Assembly: GCA_035289485.1 (NCBI GenBank)
Contig: DATDXA010000013.1
Span: 1 to 26,144, forward strand
Reading direction: 5' to 3'
DNA: 26,144 bases
Source: an archaeon
GTDB lineage: Archaea > Iainarchaeota > Iainarchaeia > Iainarchaeales > Iainarchaeaceae
Shown: positions 8,400-17,498 of the stretch, piece after piece
Position numbering within the stretch: the first letter of the stretch is position 1
How the letters are laid out: every line of letters begins with the position of its first letter
The notes under the pieces: model-generated
Seen by the model: only the letters and a program-made list of their open reading frames with translations
What the model was told of the DNA's origin: nothing
The model's database searches: none
Program-made: the position numbers and the translations under genes

Positions 8400-8795
8400 T
8401 CATCCTATGTAAACTGTATTTTCACCTTTCATGTGGAAATCCTTGGTTACTAATTTGGCATTGCTTCTGCGTGAAACGGAAATTACTATTGCGTCAGCAA
8501 GGCTCGCATTTTTGAATTTTTTCCGAAGCTCGGCATGTATCCTTACCGCTTCAAAATATGTTTCACTGTCTTCATCAACCGGCGCTGAAAATGATTCAAT
8601 TATTTCCCTTGCCTGTTCAGGGTTGCCGCCACTTCTTATCGTTTTGCTGCAAATTTCTGCCATTACAATTCTTGGCGTGATTATTATGTTTCCCTCGCCT
8701 TCAAGTATCTGTGCGGCTTTTTTGCCTCCGGGAAGATTCTCGAGGTATTCAATCCATGCGCTGGAATCTATCACAAATCTAGAGCCTGCTCTCAA
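8400..8795 (-). CDS. vapC: PIN-domain toxin (VapC family)
   Basis: FVIDSSAWIEY, VMAEI, SLADAIV, LVTKDFH acidic PIN residues; TTG 8795 chosen as start because GGAGG precedes it. Confidence 0.9.
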   Translation of the reverse strand: MRAGSRFVIDSSAWIEYLENLPGGKKAAQILEGEGNIIITPRIVMAEICSKTIRSGGNPEQAREIIESFSAPVDEDSETYFEAVRIHAELRKKFKNASLADAIVISVSRRSNAKLVTKDFHMKGENTVYIG

Positions 8796-8979
8796 GCCTA
8801 TCTTCCTCCGTAAATTCCCCAATCTGGCCTTTCATTGCGCCCAAATAGCTTTTTTTCGGCTTCTTCAAATCCAGCTGTATCTCCTCATCTTCCCGAATAT
8901 TTAGCTGCTTTACAGCATCGCTTGGTATTCTTGCCATAAGCGAACCCCCGATTTTTTTCACCTTCACAACAACTATCAT
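8779..8979 (-). CDS. AbrB/MazE/SpoVT-family antitoxin
   Basis: KVKKIGGSLMARIPSDAVKQLNIREDEEI; overlaps the vapC start. Confidence 0.9.
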   Translation of the reverse strand: MIVVVKVKKIGGSLMARIPSDAVKQLNIREDEEIQLDLKKPKKSYLGAMKGQIGEFTEEDRLESRL

Positions 8980-9109
8980 TAAACCACCTGTTATACAAAT
9001 TAAACACGATGTTATATTTAATGGTTGTGCGGGGCTAAATTAATATTTGTTATGTCGAAGTTCATTAGATAGTTTAATATATCTTAGATGGCATATTAAA
9101 ATTGATAAA

Positions 9110-9673
9110 ATGGGCGAGTTTCAAAAAGGTTTATCCTTACTAAAAAATGTATATGCTTTTTTTGCTTTTTTTCTAATTCTTGTACTACTTGCGCAGTCAT
9201 TAGGGCTTTATCAACCATCTGCTTATGTGGAAACTTTTTATATTAACGCCATCTTTTTTGCAATTTTGCCGATGCTTGTTGCGTGTGCAATAGGCTACAA
9301 GACACGGTTTTCCATTCTCGTTATAACCGCTATTGCAGAGGTTCTTGTATTAGTAACGCTGTTATGGAATTTTTTTGGCAATAATTCATTCTTGGCATTC
9401 TCTAGTCTATTGAATATATTACTGACCATATTTTTGTTGTCCGGCACCTTGCTTTGCCTGTGGTATTTTAAGCAACTTAAAAAATTCACGGATACCAACA
9501 TAGCTAATACTAAAAAAATGGATGAAGTGGAAACTAAATTAAAAATAGGGGTAATTGTAGTTCTTCTTCCGGTGGTTATTTTTATTTTAGCCACCATAAT
9601 TGGAATACCCGTAAGCCAGGAGATAAACTCTTTAGTTTCTGGCATCCTTAGCGTTATCGGCGTATTGCCATAA
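9110..9673 (+). CDS. AT-rich membrane protein of unknown function
   Basis: About 5 hydrophobic segments; visibly more AT-rich than its neighbours; ATG 9110 lies about 30 nt after TTTAATATA. Confidence 0.7.
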   Translation: MGEFQKGLSLLKNVYAFFAFFLILVLLAQSLGLYQPSAYVETFYINAIFFAILPMLVACAIGYKTRFSILVITAIAEVLVLVTLLWNFFGNNSFLAFSSLLNILLTIFLLSGTLLCLWYFKQLKKFTDTNIANTKKMDEVETKLKIGVIVVLLPVVIFILATIIGIPVSQEINSLVSGILSVIGVLP

Positions 9674-9699
9674 GTCTTGCATTTGCCCTTGTCCAAGCA

Positions 9700-9801
9700 C
9701 CTTTTAAAAACCTTCTCAAGTGAGAATAGTTAGATTAAAGCCCTAATTTTAGGGCCGCGGCTTTCAGGAATTTTTCCTTAAAGCACCACCAACTAGTTGG
9801 T
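9700..9801 (+). promoter_or_regulatory. rpl1 promoter (TATA-like) and structured 5' leader
   Basis: CCTTTTAAAAACCTTCTCAA at 9700-9719; stems GCCCTA-ATTT-TAGGGC (9740-9755), GCTTTCAGG...CCTTAAAGC (9760-9784) and palindrome ACCAACTAGTTGGT (9788-9801). Confidence 0.5.
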
Positions 9802-9812
9802 AGGTCATCAAA

Positions 9813-10529
9813 ATGGACAGAACTGATATACAGCAGGCGCTAAAGTACGCCCGGGAACTTAGCAAGAAACGCAAGTTCGAGCAATCCGTTGAGTTCACAA
9901 TGAACTTCAAGGGAATCGACTTCAAAAAGGCAGAGAACAGAATCGAAGTCGATGTAAAGCTCCCGCACGCCACAGGAAAAAAGGCGGATATTAGAACACT
10001 TGTTTTTGTAACTGACTCAAACTTTGCCGAGGAAATAAAGAACAAGGTAAATAGGGTCATAATGGAAAATGAAATCGCGGGCCTCAAAAAGAAGGACGCG
10101 GACATTCTCATGAGAGATTATGATGTTTTCCTTGCCCAGGGGCCTTCAATTCTTGCTGTTGCAAAGCAGCTAGGGCAGCAGCTCGCGCCAAAGGGCAGAA
10201 TGCCAAGGCCGATTACTCCTTCTGTTTCAGCACTTGAACAGTCCCTTAAAAGCGTTAGCACTTACACAAAGGTTTCAAACAAGAAAGGAAAGTTCATGCC
10301 GGTAATTCATTTCCTTGCAGGAAAGGAAACTGCCAAGGATGATGCGATTGTTGAAAACATAATGGAAGTTTACAGCTCGGTTCTGAATGTTCTCCCGACA
10401 AGGGAAGGAAATGTCAAGTCGCTTTATGTGAAGCTTACAATGGGGCGCCCAATAAAGGTCGGTGAGAAGCTTGATGCTTCACACTCACAGTGGCACGCAC
10501 AAAAGCCTGACGCGAAGGTGAAACAATGA
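9813..10529 (+). CDS. rpl1: 50S ribosomal protein L1 (uL1)
   Basis: KRKFEQSVE, LPHATGK, LGQQLAPKGRMP, YVKLTMG. Confidence 0.97.
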   Translation: MDRTDIQQALKYARELSKKRKFEQSVEFTMNFKGIDFKKAENRIEVDVKLPHATGKKADIRTLVFVTDSNFAEEIKNKVNRVIMENEIAGLKKKDADILMRDYDVFLAQGPSILAVAKQLGQQLAPKGRMPRPITPSVSALEQSLKSVSTYTKVSNKKGKFMPVIHFLAGKETAKDDAIVENIMEVYSSVLNVLPTREGNVKSLYVKLTMGRPIKVGEKLDASHSQWHAQKPDAKVKQ

Positions 10530-11371
10530 CTTCGCACACACGAAAGTGGAAAGAATCGCAGCTCTCAGAGCTTAAAGAACTTGTTTCAAAGTACAATGTG
10601 ATTGCGGTAGCGGACATTAGGCTCTTTCCTGCTTCGCTTTTCATGCAGATAAGAAAGAAGCTGCACGGAAAAGCCGTGATTAAGGTTTCAAAAACCAAGG
10701 TCCTTAGAATGGCCCTCAAAGGCCACAACCACGCAGCGCAGCTCACTGATTTTGCGCAGGACAATTGCGCAGTGATATTTACAAACATGAACCCGTTCGA
10801 ACTCTTCGGGTTTCTCAAAAAGAACAAGGGAAAAGTCGCGGCAAAAGTGGGCGCAATTGCAGATGATGATATAATTATCCCTGCAGGAGATACAGGCCTC
10901 CCGCCAGGCCCGGCCCTAAGCGATTTGAAAGGCGCAGGCCTAAAGGTTGCAGTGCAGGGCGCAACTATTGCCATAATGGAAGATAAGGTCGTCACAAAGA
11001 AGGGCGAAGCGGTTTCCGCCCCGGTTGCAGGCACTCTTTCAAAACTGAATGTGATGCCATTCAAGGTCGGAATGAAACTTATCGCCGCAATTGAAGGCAG
11101 CCAGCTTTTCAGGGCGGAAATACTTGATATTGACACCGAGAAAATATTCGCCAATTTCATGGCGGCGCACAGGGGCGCATTCAACGTTGCTGTGCACGCG
11201 GGTGTCACAAACAAAGCGACAATCGAGCACCTTGTCTCAAAGGCTTTCAGCAACTCAAAAGCTGTTGCGCTTGAAGGAAATGTGCTCAATTCCGTGACCG
11301 CTGGCGATATACTCGCAAAAGCGGAGAGGGCGGCTAAGGAAATAAAGTCAAAGATAAAGGAGGACGCTTAG
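10526..11371 (+). CDS. rpl10: 50S ribosomal protein L10 / acidic P0 (uL10), lacking the C-terminal acidic tail
   Basis: [29 protein letters not shown] overlap with rpl1. Confidence 0.96.
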   Translation: MTSHTRKWKESQLSELKELVSKYNVIAVADIRLFPASLFMQIRKKLHGKAVIKVSKTKVLRMALKGHNHAAQLTDFAQDNCAVIFTNMNPFELFGFLKKNKGKVAAKVGAIADDDIIIPAGDTGLPPGPALSDLKGAGLKVAVQGATIAIMEDKVVTKKGEAVSAPVAGTLSKLNVMPFKVGMKLIAAIEGSQLFRAEILDIDTEKIFANFMAAHRGAFNVAVHAGVTNKATIEHLVSKAFSNSKAVALEGNVLNSVTAGDILAKAERAAKEIKSKIKEDA

Positions 11372-11400
11372 TTTTTTTCTACTTAAGCGAGGTGAAACAC

Positions 11401-11700
11401 ATGGAGTATGTATACGCAGCAATGCTCTTGCATTCGGCAAAGAAGGAAATAAACGAGGCCCACGTCAAGAAGGTTCTCGAAGCCACCGGCATAACAGTCG
11501 ATGATTCAAGAATCAAGGCACTCGTTGCTTCACTCAAGGACATAAACATTGACGAAGCAATCCAGAAGGCGGCAGTTGCGGCACCAGTTGCAGTCGCAGC
11601 GGCACCGGCAGCAGCAGAAGCCAAGAAGGAAACAAAGGAAGTTGACAACAAGAAGAGCGAGGAAGAAGCGGCAGCAGGACTTGGAAGCCTGTTCGGCTAA
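11401..11700 (+). CDS. rpl12: 50S ribosomal protein L12 / aP1
   Basis: [11 protein letters not shown], Ala-rich hinge, C-terminal [22 protein letters not shown]. Confidence 0.98.
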   Translation: MEYVYAAMLLHSAKKEINEAHVKKVLEATGITVDDSRIKALVASLKDINIDEAIQKAAVAAPVAVAAAPAAAEAKKETKEVDNKKSEEEAAAGLGSLFG

Positions 11701-11725
11701 ATTCCAAATGCTTTCAGGTGCGAAC

Positions 11726-11773
11726 TCCCCGTTTCGGCGGGGAATAGCGCTTCTTTTTCTTTTTTTATTTTTT
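11726..11773 (+). terminator. Hairpin plus oligo-T terminator after rpl12
   Basis: TCCCCGT-TTCG-GCGGGGA followed by long T-runs; lies between convergent genes. Confidence 0.65.
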
Positions 11774-11801
11774 CCAAGAATTAGATTTTAATTTTTAAAA
11801 A

Positions 11802-14324
11802 TTAGCTGCTTTTTCGAGTTTTTGATTTCTTTTCATTCCTCAGCGCCGCTTTTGCGATGTCCCGGATTCCAGCGCCGCCCCTTTTCTTTTTGCCGCGAGT
11901 TGCAGCCCGGGGTTTCTGCACCGGCTTTTTCGTTTTTTGCGCCTTTGACTCTTGTTTTGCAATCACAGCAGGGAGCATCGCCTTTGCGCTTTTACCTTCA
12001 AACGCTTCCACATCAATTTTTGAAATCTCCTCAATCTCTGAATGAAGCGCATCCTTCATTTCCTGAACATTCGCAAGGTACTCTTTCGATTTTTTCGCGA
12101 ATTCATTGTCAGTTATTGCCCCTTCCTTAAGATGCCTTTTGAGATCGCGCATCTTCTCCTTGTATGTGGAAATCTCAGATGAGAAATTGTCCATCGCAAG
12201 GATATGCATCGCCTTTTTCTCCCTTTCAAGCTCCAAAAATGAGAGTTCCTGCGTGTACTTCTCCATAAGATTTGCATGGGCGCTGCCATCTATGCGGCCT
12301 TTCTTGAACTGCTCCTCTGTTTGCCTCAATTTGTTCTTTGCCGCGGCAATTTCTTTTAGTATGGATAATTTTCTGTGCCTGTTTGAGTGCACAATTCCAA
12401 GAAGCATTATTGCAAGCACAAGTATCAGCGCAATTAGAAGCAGCAAAATTGCGATTGAAGTGAAATTATTAGGCCCCTGTACTACAATGCTTGTTGCGCC
12501 CTTTCCGTTATCGTTATTTCCATTCTGCTTCGGAACCTGCGCAAGGCCCGCATAAACCGAATTCACTTCCTCTGCGGCGTTGAATAGATTTTCCGAGAAA
12601 AGCGCAAGGCTATAGCCGCTCTTTAGGTTATCTGCAGCTCCCACAGAACTGTTCTGGTCAGAATAGTAATCCGCGGCCTCTAGGTAATATTTTGCGTGGT
12701 CTAAATAGAGCTCTGCCCAGCCCGTGTGCACTTTCGAATCCGCCATGAGCTTTTCGACTTGGGTGATTTTGTCACGGAGCATATTCCTTAGCTGCTCTTC
12801 TGTTTTGCCCTCTATTTCTTTTTCAGAATCAAGCATTGCCCGGGCAGATGCCGCATCAAAATAAGACGCCTCAAACCATCCTGCAATCTTTTCGGATTTG
12901 GCGGCATCAATTCTGCGCCTTATGTCCTCAACAAGTCCGCGGTCCGTGATTGCGTTTATGTCCTTTTCCGCGCTTGCAATCATTGCATCCATTGCATTTG
13001 CAAAATCATTCGGCCTTTTCACATAAACTTCCTGCTGCCTTGAAATTTCATAGAAGTCCTTTGATATTCCAAGCCATTCAGCTGCAAATGCATAGTCCTG
13101 CATGCGCTCAAATGCCACCTGCATTTTTTCATCCTCTGTGCCGTCTACTACTATTGTGCGCTGGGTAGAGAGCCTCTCTACTGCGAGTTTTGCATAGGTG
13201 TAGCGCTGCTGTGCTGATGCGAGCCATTCAATCCCCTTTTTTGTTGGGTTTTCATCAAGGTCATTTCTGAAATTATCAAGCTCTTTTTTCAGCTCGAAAA
13301 CCTTCAAATCAAGTGCCGTTGAATCCTCCTCAATCAGATTTGGATTTGTGGAAACTTCCTTTACAACAGTTGCATCAACCCTTGCAAGGAATGCGAAATT
13401 TGCGGCGGAGTAGAGGTAGTTTTGCTCATTTAGGATTTCCGCCTTGTCAATTGTCCCTTCGGCGCTGTTTAGCACTTCAAGCAGCGAGTGCGTAATCGCT
13501 GGGTCTTCTAGTAGAGTTGAGGAAAGAGCGTTTCTTGCTTCCCCAGTTGCCTGCTTTGTCTCATTTATATAATTTGTAATCACTGCCTTGAATGTGCTAA
13601 GTTCAGGTTCAATCTGGATTTTTTGCGGCACAAAATCCGGGACTCCGTCAGGTCCTTGTGATGCAGCGGCATTGATGTCTTCAATCCTTGAATTCGCAAG
13701 CTTTAATGCCTCATCAATTGTTCCCGCCTCGGCGACCTTGAGTCCCCACGTCTTCGGAGCGTAATCAATAAGGTTCACGCTTTTGACGCCTTCAGGAAGC
13801 TTAACGGTTTGCACAGCCTCCCCTTTCGGAATCAAAAAAAGTTTTGTTCCGGTTTTGCTCGCTTCGCGTGCCTTTTCAAACACTCCGCCAACTGGCCCGA
13901 CGCTTCCATCCTCTCTGATTGTTCCAGTTATGCTCACATAATCAGGAACTGGTCTCTCAAGCAGCATTGAAACTGTAAGAAGCGTCATTGCCGCTCCCGC
14001 GCTAGGCCCATCAACTACGGATGCGGAGGAGTCAATTGTGTATTTGTAATCATGCAGCCCTGTGTTCGGATAAAATTTCTTTGCAACCTTTACTGCGTTC
14101 CTCTCAGCGTTCTGTGTCGAGGTGCCAACAAGTGGCGTTACTGCGCTCCAAATTGTTCCATTTCCCGGTTCGATTTCCAGGTGCAAAGTTGCAACAAGCC
14201 CTTCTCCATCAGTTGTCACTGCATAAATTTTCATTGCTCCGTTCTCGGTTACTGCAAAGGCGAATGCTGAAAACAGCAAAATCAGGGTAAAAATTAATGG
14301 AAAAAGGAGTTTTTTAGAGGTCAT
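11802..14324 (-). CDS. Exported, membrane-anchored Lon-like (S16-type) Ser-Lys protease with a cytoplasmic extension
   Basis: Signal peptide MTSKKLLFPLIFTLILLFSAFAFA; VDGPS108AG, ITGTI...G.VGPVGGVFEK151 (Ser-Lys 43 residues apart, as in Lon); no AAA motifs; single TM at about aa 625-648; Lys-rich tail. Confidence 0.88.
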   Translation of the reverse strand: MTSKKLLFPLIFTLILLFSAFAFAVTENGAMKIYAVTTDGEGLVATLHLEIEPGNGTIWSAVTPLVGTSTQNAERNAVKVAKKFYPNTGLHDYKYTIDSSASVVDGPSAGAAMTLLTVSMLLERPVPDYVSITGTIREDGSVGPVGGVFEKAREASKTGTKLFLIPKGEAVQTVKLPEGVKSVNLIDYAPKTWGLKVAEAGTIDEALKLANSRIEDINAAASQGPDGVPDFVPQKIQIEPELSTFKAVITNYINETKQATGEARNALSSTLLEDPAITHSLLEVLNSAEGTIDKAEILNEQNYLYSAANFAFLARVDATVVKEVSTNPNLIEEDSTALDLKVFELKKELDNFRNDLDENPTKKGIEWLASAQQRYTYAKLAVERLSTQRTIVVDGTEDEKMQVAFERMQDYAFAAEWLGISKDFYEISRQQEVYVKRPNDFANAMDAMIASAEKDINAITDRGLVEDIRRRIDAAKSEKIAGWFEASYFDAASARAMLDSEKEIEGKTEEQLRNMLRDKITQVEKLMADSKVHTGWAELYLDHAKYYLEAADYYSDQNSSVGAADNLKSGYSLALFSENLFNAAEEVNSVYAGLAQVPKQNGNNDNGKGATSIVVQGPNNFTSIAILLLLIALILVLAIMLLGIVHSNRHRKLSILKEIAAAKNKLRQTEEQFKKGRIDGSAHANLMEKYTQELSFLELEREKKAMHILAMDNFSSEISTYKEKMRDLKRHLKEGAITDNEFAKKSKEYLANVQEMKDALHSEIEEISKIDVEAFEGKSAKAMLPAVIAKQESKAQKTKKPVQKPRAATRGKKKRGGAGIRDIAKAALRNEKKSKTRKSS

Positions 14325-14395
14325 TTCAAATCACAAAGTGGTTTTTGCCTATACACTAATACTACTATTTGGCGCTTTAAATATGTTTTAGTGCG

Positions 14396-17300
14396 TTAAT
14401 CGGCTGGCTGCTCTTGTGCCTCTTGCGGCTCTTCCTGCCCCTGCGCAGCAGGCGCCTCATATGGCCCTTTTTTGAGCCGCAGGCCAATTACCGAACTCTT
14501 CTGCTTATTGAGCGCAACCCCGATTATCTGGTCGGCCTGATTGATCACCGCATCATTGTGGCTAATTGCAATGAATTGGCTTGCCATGCTCTGCTCTTTT
14601 ACCATGTTCCCAACCTTCACGGAGTTATCCTTGTCAAGCGCGGCATCAACTTCGTCGAAAATGTAAAATGGCGCGGGCTCGAATGACTGTATTGCAAAGA
14701 GGAATGCAAGCGCTGTGAGGCTCTTTTCCCCGCCGCTCATCGCGTCAATGCTTTTGAGAGTGTCCTCTTTGTACTTTGCCTGTATCAGCAATCCGCCCTC
14801 AAGCGGGTTTAGCTTGTCGCTCAAATCCAGAAGCCCAACTCCCCCGAAGAACTTGAAATAGAGCTCGGAAAATTTCTTCGCCACGTGGTTAAAGCATTCC
14901 ATGAACACGTTGAATTTCTTCACCTCGATTTTCTGTATCATTTCAACAACCGCAAGCCTTTCCTCATCAAGCTTGTTTGCCTTCTGCCTCACATCATCCA
15001 CTTCTTTTTTGAAAGCGTCAAAATTCTCAAGCGATTTCATATTGATTGCGCCGAGCTTTTCAATTTCCTTTTCGATTTCAGGCAGGCGCTTTTTGAGTTC
15101 ATTGAGGTTCGCCTCCTTGAAAGGCTCTATTGCGGAGTAATCCCTGAATTCTTCCTGCAAATCCTGCAAGCGCACCTCGTTTTTCGACATTTCAATGTTG
15201 AGTTCGTTCATTTCCTTCTCGCGCGACTCGATTTTGCGCGTGAGTTCCTCCCTTTTCTGCGAAATAGTGTCGATTTTTGCAGTGAGCCTGTTCTTCTCCT
15301 CTTCAAGCAGCCTGTTTGCGCGGTTCGCCTTCTCAAGCTCCGTTTCCATTTCAGCGAGCTTCTTTTGCGTGTGCTCTTTTTCCGTTTCCATTTCAGAAAT
15401 TTCCTTTTGAAGCGGAGATATTTCCTTCTCCGCTGCGCTCGTTTCGGAAGCTATGGCGCCTATGCGCGCGCTCAGGACTTTCTCTATTTCCATAGAAAGC
15501 CTTGTTGCTGTATTTTCCTTCTCGTTTTTCTCGCTATTTAGATGGTGCAGCCTTGAGAGCAGGGTATTCATTTCCGAGCCGCTTTCGCTGCCCTTTTGCT
15601 CCTTTAATTTCTCATGCGCAAGCGCCTTTTCCTTTTCAAGGCCTGCAATTGTTTTCTCAAGCTGCTTTCCTTCCCCTGCGCCCAAATTTTTCTCGGCGGA
15701 TATTTTTTCAGAATATTTTGCGATTTGCCCATCAAGCCGCGTGAGCTCTTCTTTAATCCCGTGAAATTCCCCAAGCGCCGCCGTGAGCTGCGAGAGTTCC
15801 CTGTCCTCTCGCGTGAGCTTTTCTTTTTCTTCTCCAATTCTTGCAATATCCTCCTGTATCTGCTTCATTCTCGCCTTTGCCGAGTTTATTTCAAAAACCC
15901 TCTTCCCCCTGATTTTTTCCTTTCTTTCCGCTTCAATGGGCTTTTCGCACACGGGGCACTCGGATTTTGTTTTGGAAATCGTTTCAAGTGATTCCTCAAT
16001 TCCGTGCACCCTTCCTCCAAGCTCGTGGAGTTCTGAGTGCATTTTCTGGAATTCCTCGTTTTTGGCCGCAAGTTTTGAAATCACTCCTTTTTTTTCAAGC
16101 ACGGAGATTTTCTTCTCAAGCTCTTCTTTCTCAAGGAGCCTTGCGTGGGCTTTTTTTCTCGCCCCATCAAGTTCATTTACTGCCTGCTGCGCAATCCGCG
16201 CTTCCCTTTCAGCGCCGTGCCTTTCAAGTTCAATATTGTGGAGCTTATCCTTTAGCGAAGAAATGTCATTTACTATTTCCGAAAGCCTGAGCTCTGCGCC
16301 CCTTATCTGCGCCGCATTCTTGTCAAAGCCAGGGCTTTTGGAATCAATTGATTTTCTCACGCTCAGAAGCTGCTCATCTGCCTTTTCAAGCTCTTTTTTT
16401 GCAAGCGAGAGCTGCTCTTCCTTTTCCGAAATTGACTTCTTGGTCTCTTTGAGTTCCTCTTTGAGGTCCGCTACCCTTTGCTTTCTTGCATGCAGCGCCT
16501 CTGATTTTGAGTTAATCCTTTCCGCAACAAGGTTTATGTGCCCGCGCTTTTGCTCAACTTCCTTTCCAAGCGAGGAATAGGTTTTTTCGCTGGCATCTAT
16601 CAGCTGCTTTGTTGCCTCATCGACCTTGCGCTCAAGCTCGCGCTCCTCATCCTGGAGCTTGTCCCTATCAGATCTTTTATCGCCGATTTCTTTTTGCATC
16701 CTCTCAAGCTTCTGCTTTCCTTCCTCAGAATCGCGAGTAATAATCTTGATTTCCTCGGCAAGAATTGTGGCCTTTGAGCGCTTTGTCTCTTCCTGCAGCG
16801 AGTTGTAGCGCAGCGCATTTTCACGGTCCTTTTCAAGCTGCTGCAAATACGCTTCGCGCTCATTAAGTATGAGGTGCGCATCCTTTACTTTCTGCTCAAC
16901 CTTCTCAAGTTTTTTCATTGCCTCGTCCTTTTTCTCCTCAAATTCCTGCAATCCGGCGGCCTCTTCAATAATTTGCCTGCGCTGCTTTGCATTCATTTCA
17001 ATTACGCGCGTGATGTCACCCTGCACAACTATGTTGTGGCCGTTTGGGTTGATTCCAAGCTCTAGCAGCAGCGATTGGATTTCATTGAGCGTTTTTCTTT
17101 TCCCATCAAGCTTGTATACCGATTTTCCGCTCCGGTCAACCATTCTTGTGATGTTGATTTCCTTTCCCGCCTTGTCTTTTATCACAAGCTCCACTTTCGC
17201 ATACCCTTCAGTGGCATCATGGTTTACAAGCTCTGTGAGCTTGGAAGCCCTCAAAAGCCGCAGTGAAGTTATTCCCATCGCAAAAAGCAGCGCATCAAGG

Positions 17301-17419
17301 ATGTTGCTCTTCCCGCTGGCATTCGCCCCCGCGATTGCGGTGAACCCGGGGGCGAAGGGAATGTCCGCCTTGCGAAACGACTTGAAGTTCTTTAGCTTTA
17401 TGCTTACAATAGTTGTCAA
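14396..17419 (-). CDS. smc: Smc-family ATPase with a zinc hook in place of the hinge
   Basis: NFKSF, Walker A GANASGKSN, LRASKLTELV loop, Q-loop VVQGDI, signature MSGGEKS, PAPFYIFDEVDAALD, ISHN; long coiled coils; central C488PVC491; TTG start. Confidence 0.92.
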   Translation of the reverse strand: MTTIVSIKLKNFKSFRKADIPFAPGFTAIAGANASGKSNILDALLFAMGITSLRLLRASKLTELVNHDATEGYAKVELVIKDKAGKEINITRMVDRSGKSVYKLDGKRKTLNEIQSLLLELGINPNGHNIVVQGDITRVIEMNAKQRRQIIEEAAGLQEFEEKKDEAMKKLEKVEQKVKDAHLILNEREAYLQQLEKDRENALRYNSLQEETKRSKATILAEEIKIITRDSEEGKQKLERMQKEIGDKRSDRDKLQDEERELERKVDEATKQLIDASEKTYSSLGKEVEQKRGHINLVAERINSKSEALHARKQRVADLKEELKETKKSISEKEEQLSLAKKELEKADEQLLSVRKSIDSKSPGFDKNAAQIRGAELRLSEIVNDISSLKDKLHNIELERHGAEREARIAQQAVNELDGARKKAHARLLEKEELEKKISVLEKKGVISKLAAKNEEFQKMHSELHELGGRVHGIEESLETISKTKSECPVCEKPIEAERKEKIRGKRVFEINSAKARMKQIQEDIARIGEEKEKLTREDRELSQLTAALGEFHGIKEELTRLDGQIAKYSEKISAEKNLGAGEGKQLEKTIAGLEKEKALAHEKLKEQKGSESGSEMNTLLSRLHHLNSEKNEKENTATRLSMEIEKVLSARIGAIASETSAAEKEISPLQKEISEMETEKEHTQKKLAEMETELEKANRANRLLEEEKNRLTAKIDTISQKREELTRKIESREKEMNELNIEMSKNEVRLQDLQEEFRDYSAIEPFKEANLNELKKRLPEIEKEIEKLGAINMKSLENFDAFKKEVDDVRQKANKLDEERLAVVEMIQKIEVKKFNVFMECFNHVAKKFSELYFKFFGGVGLLDLSDKLNPLEGGLLIQAKYKEDTLKSIDAMSGGEKSLTALAFLFAIQSFEPAPFYIFDEVDAALDKDNSVKVGNMVKEQSMASQFIAISHNDAVINQADQIIGVALNKQKSSVIGLRLKKGPYEAPAAQGQEEPQEAQEQPAD

Positions 17420-17498
17420 TCAAACCGCCCGTCTGCTCCAGAAATTTTGTCCCCTGATTTTCCGCTCCAAAATATTTTTCAGGTAAGGATTGCCTCTC

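Noticed and set aside
14396..17419. Annotating the SMC-family gene as rad50 because of the CPVC hook
   Set aside because: Head motifs (DEVDAALD, LRA loop, PAPFY) are Smc-type, not Rad50 (DEPT), and no mre11 is adjacent.
17425..17442. CCGCCCGT...CTGCTCCAG similarity between the smc upstream region and about 22067-22095
   Set aside because: Two short blocks with different spacing; compatible with chance.
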